DNA from: Escherichia coli
GTDB lineage: Bacteria > Pseudomonadota > Gammaproteobacteria > Enterobacterales > Enterobacteriaceae
Assembly (NCBI RefSeq): GCF_002854065.1
Contig: NZ_CP024147.1
Length of the DNA stretch: 64,000 nucleotides
Strand: one strand, 5' to 3'
Part shown: in pieces, positions 11,335-23,523 of the stretch
How the letters are laid out: every line of letters starts with the position of its first letter
Numbering within the stretch: position 1 is the first letter of the stretch
Translations under genes and position numbers: made by a program
The notes under the pieces: model-generated
Told to the model about the DNA's origin: nothing
What the model saw: only the letters and a program-made list of their open reading frames with translations
Database searches by the model: none

Positions 11335-11739
11335 TTAGATCAGGAAATCGTCGAGAGATTTACCTTCTGCCAGCGCCTGAGCGATTGGCTTCGGTGTACG
11401 GCCCTGACCGGTCCAGGTTTTAGTTTCACCGTTAACATCGGTGAATTTATATTTCGCCGGACGCGGCTGGCGTTTTTTACCAGCGCGTGGTGCAGCAGCA
11501 GAGCTATTACCCAATAACTCTTCCGGGTTAATTCCGTCAGCCTTCATCAGCTCCAGCCAGGTGCTAATTTTTTCCTGACGCTCAGCCAGTTCACGCTGCT
11601 GCTGTTCTTCTTCTTCACGTCTTTCTTTAGTGACAACCCTGAATTTTTCGAGCATTTCTTCAAGAACGTCAATGGAGAATTCGCGAGCCATCGCACGGAG
11701 GGTGCGAATGTTATTTAAACTTTGTAACATTACGGACAT
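11335..11739 (-). CDS. stpA: H-NS paralogue, DNA-binding protein StpA
   Basis: 134-aa [36 protein letters not shown]... Confidence 0.96.
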   Translation of the reverse strand: MSVMLQSLNNIRTLRAMAREFSIDVLEEMLEKFRVVTKERREEEEQQQRELAERQEKISTWLELMKADGINPEELLGNSSAAAPRAGKKRQPRPAKYKFTDVNGETKTWTGQGRTPKPIAQALAEGKSLDDFLI

Positions 11740-12406
11740 AATAAAGAAAACCTTTTAACGCCAAAACAAAAAAGTATTTCGTCGCGTAGTGTAAGCGATC
11801 ACTTATTATATTTCCACAAAATTTAATCTATTTACAGTCCTGCGCGAGATTATTTCAGCTGTTATTTTCTGAAACTCTCAGAATAATTTCAAGATTATAT
11901 ATTAGCCATTTTGATGAGTAATTTAGGTTATTGGTGAACAGAGTGGCGCTCTCTGCTCGCTAATTCCGCAAGCCTGACAAAACCGAAGTGAATAAAAATG
12001 CAATATAAAAGAATAAAAGAAAACACCCCTCACTGGTGCTTTCTGCTGTTAATGTACATTTTCTGGCATAAAAAATGCTGTAAATGACCCGGTCACGACA
12101 TACACCGAATTCTCTACGCTTATAGCGTTACCTCACCCCCAAACTTTCATTAGTGAAATTAAAGACAAGGCCATATCTAATTGATTTAATTGAAAATAAA
12201 TCATATCGGCATGTAAAAATCCACAATGTACAAAAAACGAGCCGTTACGGAATATTTTATCTACAAAAACTGACTAAATAAAAATTTTTCACTAATTGAT
12301 TAGTCATAGCCAGCGATATACGCTATGCGAAAATGCAGATGGCAATGAGATCCACTGCTTTCATCTCCATTAACATCCCATTACGCCTTTATTAAGGAGC
12401 ATTAGC

Positions 12407-12856
12407 ATGTTCTCACCGCAGTCACGCTTGCGTCATGCAGTTGCAGATACGTTCGCGATGGTTGTTTACTGTTCTGTCGTGAACATGTGTATTGAAGTTT
12501 TCCTCTCCGGAATGAGCTTCGAACAGTCTTTTTATTCCAGATTGGTAGCGATTCCGGTGAACATCTTAATTGCATGGCCATACGGTATGTACCGCGATCT
12601 GTTTATGCGCGCGGCACGCAAAGTTAGCCCGTCGGGCTGGATAAAAAATCTGGCGGATATCCTGGCTTATGTGACGTTCCAGTCACCGGTGTATGTGGCG
12701 ATCTTGTTAGTGGTGGGCGCAGACTGGCATCAGATTATGGCGGCGGTCAGTTCAAACATCGTTGTTTCGATGTTGATGGGGGCGGTTTATGGCTACTTCC
12801 TCGATTATTGCCGCCGACTGTTTAAAGTCAGCCGTTACCAGCAGGTAAAAGCCTGA
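12407..12856 (+). CDS. alaE: L-alanine exporter AlaE (YgaW)
   Basis: 149-aa membrane protein [27 protein letters not shown]... Confidence 0.93.
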   Translation: MFSPQSRLRHAVADTFAMVVYCSVVNMCIEVFLSGMSFEQSFYSRLVAIPVNILIAWPYGMYRDLFMRAARKVSPSGWIKNLADILAYVTFQSPVYVAILLVVGADWHQIMAAVSSNIVVSMLMGAVYGYFLDYCRRLFKVSRYQQVKA

Positions 12857-12866
12857 CTCTTCTTTT

Positions 12867-12889
12867 CGCGACTGGCATCGCCAGTCGCG
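12867..12889. terminator. Bidirectional hairpin between convergent alaE and ygaC
   Basis: cgcgactgg-catcg-ccagtcgcg inverted repeat flanked by T-rich runs on both strands. Confidence 0.5.
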
Positions 12890-12892
12890 TCT

Positions 12893-13237
12893 TTAACTGG
12901 CTTCGCCAAATAAACCATTCAAATAACGTTCAAGCGCAACACGCGAACTAAAGCCATGCGGGATACCGTAATGCTCGTGTCGCTCGCCTGCTAAATAGAG
13001 CGGAAATTGCTGGTAATGATCGCAAGTTTTAATATCGGAAGCGGGTTCAGCCAGTGTCGAACTGCGTTCTTTTAATGTTGGATGAATTACCAGAGCGGTA
13101 CGTCCCATTCGCGCTTCGCGATTAACATAGACATAATTTTCCCCACGGCGGTAACCATACGCTTTCTGGGTTACCACATCGACAGTAAAACCGACTTTTT
13201 CAAGTACGCGCGCCACCTCGTCTGGTCGTAAATACAT
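12893..13237 (-). CDS. ygaC: Uncharacterised protein YgaC
   Basis: 114-aa [32 protein letters not shown]... Confidence 0.9.
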
Positions 13238-13388
13238 ATTTGATCCTCGTTATTATCAACCGCGGGCCTACCTTACCTGATTGCGCATTCACAACGCTTT
13301 CAGAAAAGTCCATAAAGCCGCGATGAACCTCAGTTAAGAAAATTATGGTCTACACTGAAAATTACATCGAATTCTAATGGGGGATCAT

Positions 13389-13718
13389 ATGTTTAACCGA
13401 CCGAACCGCAACGACGTTGATGATGGCGTGCAGGATATCCAGAATGATGTCAATCAATTAGCTGACAGCCTCGAATCTGTATTGAAGTCCTGGGGCAGCA
13501 ACGCCAAAGGGGAAGCTGAAGCCGCACGCAGTAAAGCTCAGGCTTTGCTGAAAGAAACCAGGGCGCGAATGCATGGTCGTACTCGCGTTCAGCAAGCCGC
13601 ACGCGATGCCGTTGGCTGCGCGGATTCTTTTGTTCGTGAAAGACCCTGGTGTAGCGTGGGAACTGCTGCTGCGGTAGGTATTTTTATCGGTGCGTTGTTG
13701 AGCATGCGTAAATCGTAG
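13389..13718 (+). CDS. ygaM: ElaB/YqjD/YgaM family membrane-anchored protein
   Basis: Sequence MFNRPNRNDVDDGVQDIQNDV... with C-terminal TM anchor; start at second ATG with RBS. Confidence 0.9.
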   Translation: MFNRPNRNDVDDGVQDIQNDVNQLADSLESVLKSWGSNAKGEAEAARSKAQALLKETRARMHGRTRVQQAARDAVGCADSFVRERPWCSVGTAAAVGIFIGALLSMRKS

Positions 13719-13845
13719 TGAGACGATGACAAGCAGTAGTCTGACTTCTGAAAAGTACTCAGTGCGTCAACGCCTTGTCCGCCTACAGGCCTGAAAAACA
13801 TAGCGCATCAGGGGATTTTGCCCTGGTCACCAGTCTTATAGGACC

Positions 13846-13862
13846 CCGAAGCCTGGCTTCGG
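13846..13862. terminator. Perfect palindrome ccgaagcc-t-ggcttcgg between convergent ygaM and MocR-type gene
   Basis: 8-bp perfect inverted repeat; flanking U-runs weak. Confidence 0.4.
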
Positions 13863-13867
13863 AGTTA

Positions 13868-15202
13868 TTAATTTAAAGCACTGCGCAATTGCTGTGCTAC
13901 CTGTCGCGCCATACTTTCGCTAACGATATTCGTAAACGAGAGCAATAATCCTCCGTCCTCGCTTGAGCGGATACGCCAGTCGCTAAGTGCCTGTACGGCA
14001 AGACCAGCAGCATTGGCTTTATGCACGAATGTCACGTCATTACCTGCTAGTTTGATCACCATCTGGATACCGCCTTTTTGCGGCACAACCTGAAATCCCT
14101 GCTGCGTAAGTGCCTGCTCAATCCACTGCCGTCGCTGGGCATAATGCTGGCGCATTTTCTTCAGATGCCGCCAGAAATGCCCCTCACGGATGAAATCTGC
14201 CAGTGTGTTCTGCCACAGTACGGGTACAGCACATGGTTCCAGTGACGCCTGCTGCCGGAATTGCGAAATCTGCTCCACCGGCACCACCAGCCACGCACAG
14301 CGCAATGCAGGAAATAGCGCTTTGCTGAATGTTCCGGCATAAATCACCCGCTGCGGCGCGTCGAGACTTTTTAGTGCCGGTAACGGCTTACCGTGATAGC
14401 GAAACTCACTGTCGTAATCATCTTCAATAATCCATGCCTGACTACGCTCTGCCCATTCCAGTATCTGATACCTACGCGCTAAAGAGAGTGCCACACCCAG
14501 CGGGCTTTGGTGTGCCGGAGTAATCAGGGCAAAACGCGCATCAGGATAATTTTGTATTCCGCTTGTGACATCCAGTCCGTTGTCATCAACCGGCACAGGT
14601 AAAATTTCCAGACCGTGGCGAGTGACAATCGGGCGAATCAGCGGAAAGCCGGGATCTTCCATCCACATCCCGTCTCCCGGTTGCGCCAGAGCGTGCAGAA
14701 TTAAAGCCATTGAGGCCGCATAACCGTGAGTGATAAAGACCTGCTCTGGCTGACAATCAATCCCACGTGAAACGCGTAAATAATCAACAATAGCCTCGCG
14801 CAAGGCCGCCTCGCCGCAGACATCACCTAATGCCAAATCAAAACGCGTCTGGGTACGCAGACGGCGGCCCATCACCCGCGCCCACAATTCACGCGGAAAA
14901 AGATCAAGTGCAGGTAGCCCCATCTGAAAAGGCAGCGGCTGCTGACTTTCACCAGCAAAAGCCACGACATCCACAGCAGACTGTTGCGGATGTATCTGCT
15001 CACTGACAAAGGTACCCGCCTGTCCCCGCCTGACCAGCCATCCCTGCGCCACCAGCTCAGCATAAGCATTTTCGACAGTGGATCGAGAGACACCCAGCTC
15101 CTGCGACCAGGTACGGCTCGAGGGTAGCCTTGCGCCAGGTTTCAGTTCTCCTTGCTCGATAGCCGTTTTTAACTGACGGGCGATATCCTGATAACGTGGC
15201 AT
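13868..15202 (-). CDS. MocR/GabR-type transcriptional regulator (N-terminal GntR HTH fused to a large C-terminal domain of aminotransferase size)
   Basis: 444-aa ORF; N-terminus MPRYQDIARQLKTAIEQGELKPGARLPSSRTWSQELGVSRSTVENAYAELVAQGW is a GntR HTH followed by a ~350-aa domain; divergent from next gene. Confidence 0.8.
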   Translation of the reverse strand: MPRYQDIARQLKTAIEQGELKPGARLPSSRTWSQELGVSRSTVENAYAELVAQGWLVRRGQAGTFVSEQIHPQQSAVDVVAFAGESQQPLPFQMGLPALDLFPRELWARVMGRRLRTQTRFDLALGDVCGEAALREAIVDYLRVSRGIDCQPEQVFITHGYAASMALILHALAQPGDGMWMEDPGFPLIRPIVTRHGLEILPVPVDDNGLDVTSGIQNYPDARFALITPAHQSPLGVALSLARRYQILEWAERSQAWIIEDDYDSEFRYHGKPLPALKSLDAPQRVIYAGTFSKALFPALRCAWLVVPVEQISQFRQQASLEPCAVPVLWQNTLADFIREGHFWRHLKKMRQHYAQRRQWIEQALTQQGFQVVPQKGGIQMVIKLAGNDVTFVHKANAAGLAVQALSDWRIRSSEDGGLLLSFTNIVSESMARQVAQQLRSALN

Positions 15203-15289
15203 ATGGTCTGCTTTTTTAGGTAATTTATGGCTCTCTTTAGCAGTCCATTATAGTGCTACATTGCGGGCGTTAATAAGAGGAGAAACTGT

Positions 15290-15721
15290 ATGACTACATT
15301 ACGTCAGCCTTACTACGAACTTAGCCCGGCAGTGTATAACGCACTGGTGCAGGCCAAAACGGCACTGGAAAATAGCACGCTGGATACCACGTTGATGGAG
15401 TTAATTTATTTGCGCGTCTCGCAAATCAACGGCTGCGCATTTTGTCTGGAGATGCACAGCAAAGCATTGCGCAAATCCGGTGTGCCACAACACAAACTGG
15501 ACGCCCTGGCAGGCTGGCGCGTAAGCCATCATTTTGATGAACGCGAGCGAGCGGCGCTGGCATGGGCGGAATCAGTGACCGATATTGCCAGAACCCATGC
15601 GGAAGACGAGGTTTATCAGCCTTTGCTTGAGCATTTCAGCGCAGCAGAAATCAGCGATTTAACGTTTGCCATCGGGCTGATGAATTGTTTTAACCGTCTG
15701 GCCGTTTCCATGCGGATGTAA
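15290..15721 (+). CDS. Carboxymuconolactone decarboxylase / AhpD-like family protein
   Basis: 143-aa ORF with CxxCxxxH-type motif (GCAFCLEMH) typical of AhpD-core proteins; divergent from the MocR-type regulator. Confidence 0.75.
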   Translation: MTTLRQPYYELSPAVYNALVQAKTALENSTLDTTLMELIYLRVSQINGCAFCLEMHSKALRKSGVPQHKLDALAGWRVSHHFDERERAALAWAESVTDIARTHAEDEVYQPLLEHFSAAEISDLTFAIGLMNCFNRLAVSMRM

Positions 15722-15929
15722 TTTGCTGTTGCCGGGTATGCGCCCGGCAAAAAAACACAAAATCCCCTACCCCGTTGAGCCATTCACCGGTGGCGTAATC
15801 AATCTAAAATTCCCATATCTTGTGTGGTTGAATCTTTTTTCAACTACATCTAGTATCTCTGTATCAACAGAGAGACAACCCGACGCGTATCATCGCGCCG
15901 TATCTTCATTTTAAACGGAAATACGAATC

Positions 15930-16175
15930 ATGCGCATTACTATTTACACTCGTAACGATTGCGTTCAGTGCCACGCCACCAAACGGGCGATGGAAAACCA
16001 GGGCTTTGATTTTGAAATGATTAATGTCGATCGCGTTCCTGAAGCGGCAGAAGCGTTGCGTGCTCAGGGCTTTCGTCAGTTGCCGGTAGTGATTGCTGGC
16101 GATCTTAGCTGGTCTGGTTTCCGTCCGGACATGATTAACCGTCTGCATCCAGCGCCACACGCGGCCAGTGCATGA
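15930..16175 (+). CDS. nrdH: Glutaredoxin-like protein NrdH
   Basis: 81-aa [29 protein letters not shown]... (CVQC redox motif). Confidence 0.96.
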
Positions 16176-16582
16176 GCCAGCTCGTCTACTTCTCCAGCAG
16201 CTCCGAAAACACGCAGCGTTTTATCGAACGTTTAGGTCTGCCCGCGGTGCGCATCCCGCTCAATGAGCGGGAACGGATTCAGGTAGACGAGCCTTACATC
16301 CTGATCGTGCCCTCTTACGGCGGCGGCGGTACGGCTGGCGCGGTGCCACGACAGGTAATTCGCTTTTTAAACGACGAGCACAACCGGGCGTTGCTTCGCG
16401 GCGTTATTGCTTCGGGTAATCGCAACTTTGGTGAGGCGTATGGCCGCGCTGGAGATGTGATTGCCCGGAAATGCGGCGTGCCGTGGCTGTACCGCTTTGA
16501 ACTCATGGGTACGCAAAGCGATATCGAAAACGTTCGTAAAGGAGTAACCGAATTTTGGCAACGACAACCGCAGAATGCCTGA
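16172..16582 (+). CDS. nrdI: Flavodoxin-like ribonucleotide reductase stimulatory protein NrdI
   Basis: 136-aa [24 protein letters not shown]...; 4-bp overlap with nrdH. Confidence 0.96.
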
Positions 16583-18699
16583 CGCAGGAAACGATGGATT
16601 ACCACGCGCTGAATGCGATGCTTAACCTCTACGATAGCGCAGGTCGCATTCAGTTCGATAAAGACCGCCAGGCCGTTGACGCCTTTATTGCGACGCATGT
16701 GCGTCCGAACAGTGTGACCTTCAGTAGCCAGCAGCAGCGCCTGAACTGGCTGGTCAACGAAGGTTACTATGATGAAAGCGTTCTTAATCGCTACCCTCGC
16801 GACTTTGTCATTACGCTGTTTGCCCACGCACACACCAGCGGTTTTCGTTTCCAGACATTCCTCGGGGCATGGAAGTTTTACACCAGCTATACGTTGAAGA
16901 CATTCGACGGTAAACGTTATCTGGAAGATTTTGCCGATCGAGTCACGATGGTGGCGCTGACGCTGGCACAAGGCGATGAAACACTGGCGACGCAGCTCAC
17001 TGATGAGATGCTGTCAGGACGCTTTCAGCCAGCCACGCCGACATTCCTCAACTGCGGTAAGCAGCAGCGCGGCGAACTGGTTTCCTGTTTTCTGCTGCGT
17101 ATTGAAGACAATATGGAGTCGATTGGCCGGGCGGTAAATTCCGCACTACAACTGTCGAAACGCGGCGGCGGCGTGGCATTTTTGCTGTCGAATCTGCGAG
17201 AAGCGGGCGCGCCAATTAAACGTATTGAAAATCAATCTTCTGGCGTAATTCTGGTGATGAAAATGCTGGAAGACGCATTTTCCTATGCCAACCAACTCGG
17301 CGCTCGTCAGGGGGCTGGTGCAGTCTATTTACATGCTCATCATCCCGATATTCTGCGTTTTCTCGACACGAAACGGGAAAATGCCGACGAAAAAATCCGC
17401 ATTAAAACACTGTCGCTGGGCGTGGTGATCCCGGATATCACTTTCCATCTGGCAAAAGAGAATGCGCAGATGGCGCTGTTTTCGCCTTATGACGTAGAGC
17501 GAGTTTATGGCAAGCCGTTTGCCGATGTGGCCATCAGCCAACACTATGACGAACTGGTTGCCGATGAACGCATTCGCAAAAAATACCTCAACGCCCGTGA
17601 TTTCTTCCAGCGACTGGCAGAAATCCAGTTTGAGTCTGGCTATCCGTACATCATGTATGAAGACACGGTAAACCGTGCTAACCCTATCGCCGGGCGCATA
17701 AATATGAGTAATCTCTGCTCAGAAATTTTGCAGGTTAACAGCGCCTCAGAGTATGACGAGAATCTCGACTATACCCGCACAGGCCATGATATTTCCTGCA
17801 ATTTAGGTTCGTTGAATATTGCGCACACCATGGATTCCCCCGATTTTGCCCGCACGGTAGAGACTGCCGTGCGCGGTTTAACGGCAGTATCAGATATGAG
17901 TCATATCCGCAGCGTGCCGTCCATCGAAGCCGGAAATGCCGCCTCGCACGCCATCGGACTGGGGCAGATGAATTTACACGGCTATCTGGCGCGAGAAGGC
18001 ATCGCTTATGGTTCGCCGGAAGCACTGGATTTCACCAATCTCTATTTCTATGCCATCACCTGGCACGCACTGCGTACCTCGATGTTGCTGGCGCGCGAAC
18101 GCGGTCAAACCTTCGCCGGGTTCAAACAGTCACGCTATGCCAGTGGTGAATATTTTAGCCAATATCTGCAAGGGAACTGGCAGCCGAAAACGGCGAAAGT
18201 TGGCGAACTGTTTACCCGTAGCGGTATTACGTTACCTACCCGTGAGATGTGGGCGCAGCTGCGCGATGACGTGATGCGCTACGGCATTTACAACCAGAAT
18301 CTTCAGGCGGTGCCGCCAACCGGTTCTATCTCTTATATCAACCATGCTACGTCGAGTATTCATCCGATTGTGGCGAAAGTAGAGATACGCAAAGAGGGCA
18401 AAACAGGACGCGTTTACTACCCTGCCCCGTTTATGACTAACGAGAATCTGGCGCTGTATCAGGACGCTTACGAAATTGGCGCAGAAAAGATCATCGACAC
18501 CTACGCGGAAGCGACTCGCCATGTCGATCAGGGGCTGTCGCTGACGCTGTTTTTCCCCGATACCGCCACCACTCGCGATATCAACAAAGCGCAGATTTAC
18601 GCCTGGCGCAAAGGTATCAAAACGCTCTATTACATCCGGCTGCGTCAGATGGCGCTGGAAGGCACTGAAATTGAAGGCTGCGTCTCCTGTGCACTTTAA
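16555..18699 (+). CDS. nrdE: Class Ib ribonucleotide reductase alpha subunit
   Basis: 714-aa [34 protein letters not shown]... Confidence 0.96.
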
Positions 18700-19668
<969 letters not shown>

Positions 19669-20023
19669 GGGTGTTATTTTCAAAAATATCACTACCCGCG
19701 ACAGGGAAATAATTCCCGCCAAATAGCTTTTTATCACGCAAATATTTTGTGGTGATCTACACTGATACTCTGTTGCATTATTCGCCTGAAACCACAATAT
19801 TCAGGCGTTTTTTCGCTATCTTTGACAAAAAATATCAACTTTTCTCGATTTGCTCTCAGCCCTTATATCACGGGAAATTCCGGCGATTTGCTCGCATCAA
19901 TATTCATGCCACATTTGCCATCAGGGGTTGCCTCAGATTCTCAGTATGTTAGGGTAGAAAAAAGTGACTATTTCCATTGGGTAATATATCAACATAAACA
20001 AATAACAGGAATCTTTCTATTGC

Positions 20024-21226
20024 ATGGCAATTAAATTAGAAATTAAAAATCTTTATAAAATATTTGGTGAGCATCCACAGCGAGCGTTCAAATATATCGA
20101 ACAAGGACTTTCAAAAGAACAAATTCTGGAAAAAACTGGGCTATCGCTTGGCGTAAAAGACGCCAGTCTGGCCATTGAAGAAGGCGAGATATTTGTCATC
20201 ATGGGATTATCCGGCTCGGGTAAATCCACAATGGTACGCCTTCTCAATCGCCTGATTGAACCCACCCGCGGGCAAGTACTGATTGATGGTGTGGATATTG
20301 CCAAAATATCCGACGCCGAACTCCGTGAGGTGCGCAGAAAAAAGATTGCGATGGTCTTCCAGTCCTTTGCCTTAATGCCGCATATGACCGTGCTGGACAA
20401 TACTGCGTTTGGTATGGAATTGGCCGGAATTAATGCCGAAGAACGCCGGGAAAAAGCCATTGATGCACTGCGTCAGGTCGGGCTGGAAAATTATGCCCAC
20501 AGCTACCCGGATGAACTCTCTGGCGGGATGCGTCAACGTGTGGGATTAGCCCGCGCGTTAGCGATTAATCCGGATATTTTATTAATGGATGAAGCCTTCT
20601 CGGCGCTCGATCCATTAATTCGCACCGAGATGCAGGATGAGCTGGTAAAATTACAGGCGAAACATCAGCGCACCATTGTCTTTATTTCCCACGATCTCGA
20701 TGAAGCCATGCGTATTGGCGACCGAATTGCCATTATGCAAAATGGTGAAGTGGTACAGGTCGGCACACCGGATGAAATTCTCAATAATCCGGCGAATGAT
20801 TATGTCCGTACCTTCTTCCGTGGCGTTGATATTAGTCAGGTATTCAGTGCGAAAGATATTGCCCGCCGGACACCGAATGGCTTAATTCGTAAAACCCCTG
20901 GCTTCGGCCCACGTTCGGCACTGAAATTATTGCAGGATGAAGATCGCGAATATGGCTACGTTATCGAACGCGGTAATAAGTTTGTCGGCGCAGTCTCCAT
21001 CGATTCGCTTAAAACCGCGTTAACGCAGCAGCAAGGTCTTGATGCGGCGCTGATTGATGCGCCGTTAGCAGTCGATGCACAAACGCCTCTTAGCGAGTTG
21101 CTCTCTCATGTCGGACAGGCACCCTGTGCGGTGCCCGTGGTCGACGAGGACCAACAGTATGTCGGCATCATTTCGAAAGGAATGCTGCTGCGCGCTTTAG
21201 ATCGTGAGGGGGTAAATAATGGCTGA
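20024..21226 (+). CDS. proV: Glycine betaine/proline ABC transporter ATPase
   Basis: 400-aa ORF with Walker [10 protein letters not shown], signature LSGGMRQR and C-terminal CBS domains. Confidence 0.96.
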   Translation: MAIKLEIKNLYKIFGEHPQRAFKYIEQGLSKEQILEKTGLSLGVKDASLAIEEGEIFVIMGLSGSGKSTMVRLLNRLIEPTRGQVLIDGVDIAKISDAELREVRRKKIAMVFQSFALMPHMTVLDNTAFGMELAGINAEERREKAIDALRQVGLENYAHSYPDELSGGMRQRVGLARALAINPDILLMDEAFSALDPLIRTEMQDELVKLQAKHQRTIVFISHDLDEAMRIGDRIAIMQNGEVVQVGTPDEILNNPANDYVRTFFRGVDISQVFSAKDIARRTPNGLIRKTPGFGPRSALKLLQDEDREYGYVIERGNKFVGAVSIDSLKTALTQQQGLDAALIDAPLAVDAQTPLSELLSHVGQAPCAVPVVDEDQQYVGIISKGMLLRALDREGVNNG

Positions 21227-22283
21227 TCAAAATAATCCGTGGGATGCCACGCCAGCGGCGGACAGTGCCGCGCAATCCGCAGACGCCTGGGGTACACCGA
21301 CGACTGCACCGACTGACGGCGGTGGCGCTGACTGGCTGACCAGTACGCCTGCGCCAAACGTCGAGCATTTTAATATTCTCGATCCGTTCCATAAAACGCT
21401 GATCCCGCTCGACAGTTGGGTCACTGAAGGGATCGACTGGGTCGTTACCCATTTCCGTCCCGTCTTCCAGGGCGTGCGCGTTCCGGTTGATTATATCCTC
21501 AACGGTTTCCAGCAATTGCTGCTGGGTATGCCCGCGCCGGTGGCGATTATCGTTTTCGCTCTCATCGCCTGGCAGATTTCCGGGGTCGGAATGGGCGTGG
21601 CGACGCTGGTTTCGCTGATTGCCATCGGCGCAATCGGTGCCTGGTCGCAGGCAATGGTTACTCTGGCGCTGGTGTTAACCGCCCTGCTGTTCTGTATCGT
21701 CATCGGTTTGCCGTTGGGGATCTGGCTGGCGAGAAGTCCGCGAGCGGCGAAAATTATTCGTCCACTGCTTGATGCCATGCAGACCACGCCAGCGTTTGTT
21801 TATCTGGTGCCAATCGTCATGCTATTTGGTATCGGTAACGTGCCGGGCGTGGTGGTGACGATCATCTTTGCTCTGCCGCCGATTATCCGTCTGACCATTC
21901 TGGGGATTAACCAGGTTCCGGCGGATCTGATTGAAGCCTCGCGCTCATTCGGTGCCAGCCCGCGCCAGATGCTGTTCAAAGTTCAGTTACCGCTGGCGAT
22001 GCCGACCATTATGGCGGGCGTTAACCAGACGCTGATGCTGGCCCTTTCTATGGTGGTCATCGCCTCGATGATTGCCGTCGGCGGGCTGGGTCAGATGGTA
22101 CTTCGCGGTATCGGTCGTCTGGATATGGGGCTTGCCACCGTTGGCGGCGTCGGGATTGTGATCCTCGCCATTATCCTCGATCGTCTGACGCAGGCCGTTG
22201 GGCGCGACTCACGCAGTCGCGGCAACCGTCGCTGGTACACCACTGGCCCTGTCGGTCTGCTGACCCGCCCATTCATTAAGTAA
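21219..22283 (+). CDS. proW: Glycine betaine/proline ABC transporter permease
   Basis: 354-aa polytopic membrane ORF overlapping proV stop. Confidence 0.95.
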
Positions 22284-22339
22284 CTCTGCACTTGCCCGGT
22301 GACGCCGGGCATATCACCCTGCCAAAAAAAGGAATAACA

Positions 22340-23332
22340 ATGCGACATAGCGTACTTTTTGCGACAGCGTTTGCCACGCTTATCTCTACACAAACTTTTG
22401 CTGCCGATCTGCCGGGCAAAGGCATTACTGTTAATCCAGTTCAAAGCACCATCACCGAAGAAACCTTCCAGACACTGCTGGTCAGTCGTGCGCTGGAGAA
22501 ATTAGGTTATACCGTCAATAAACCCAGCGAAGTGGATTACAACGTTGGCTACACCTCGCTTGCTTCCGGCGATGCAACCTTCACCGCCGTGAACTGGACG
22601 CCACTGCATGACAACATGTACGAAGCTGCCGGTGGCGATAAGAAATTTTATCGTGAAGGGGTATTTGTTAACGGCGCGGCACAGGGTTACCTGATCGATA
22701 AGAAAACCGCCGACCAGTACAAAATCACCAACATCGCACAACTAAAAGATCCGAAGATCGCCAAACTGTTCGATACCAACGGCGACGGTAAAGCGGATTT
22801 GACTGGCTGTAACCCTGGCTGGGGCTGCGAAGGTGCGATCAACCACCAGCTTGCCGCGTATGAACTGACCAATACCGTGACGCATAATCAGGGGAACTAC
22901 GCGGCGATGATGGCTGACACCATCAGTCGTTACAAAGAGGGCAAACCGGTGTTTTACTACACCTGGACGCCGTACTGGGTGAGTAATGAGCTGAAGCCAG
23001 GGAAAGATGTGGTCTGGTTGCAGGTGCCGTTCTCTGCACTGCCGGGCGATAAAAATGCCGATACCAAACTGCCGAATGGCGCGAATTACGGCTTCCCGGT
23101 CAGCACCATGCATATCGTTGCCAATAAAGCCTGGGCCGAGAAAAACCCGGCAGCAGCGAAACTGTTTGCCATTATGCAGTTGCCAGTGGCAGATATTAAC
23201 GCCCAGAACGCCATTATGCATGACGGCAAAGCCTCAGAAGGCGATATTCAGGGCCACGTTGATGGCTGGATCAAAGCCCACCAGCAACAGTTCGATGGCT
23301 GGGTGAATGAGGCGTTGGCAGCGCAGAAGTAA
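22340..23332 (+). CDS. proX: Glycine betaine-binding periplasmic protein
   Basis: Starts [21 protein letters not shown] (signal peptide); ORF track start 22292 is an upstream extension. Confidence 0.94.
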
Positions 23333-23339
23333 TTTTTAT

Positions 23340-23425
<86 letters not shown>

Positions 23426-23523
23426 CCACACCGCACATTTCAACAATCTATCTTTCATCCCATATTCATCAACATCCGCTATTATTGATTTCCAGCTTAA
23501 TCATCACCTGATGAACAAAAATA

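Noticed and set aside
15723-15914. 63-aa ORF between AhpD-like gene and nrdH
   Set aside because: Lies in the nrdH promoter/leader; no RBS and no conserved features.
16315-16971. 218-aa minus-strand ORF
   Set aside because: Antisense to nrdI/nrdE.
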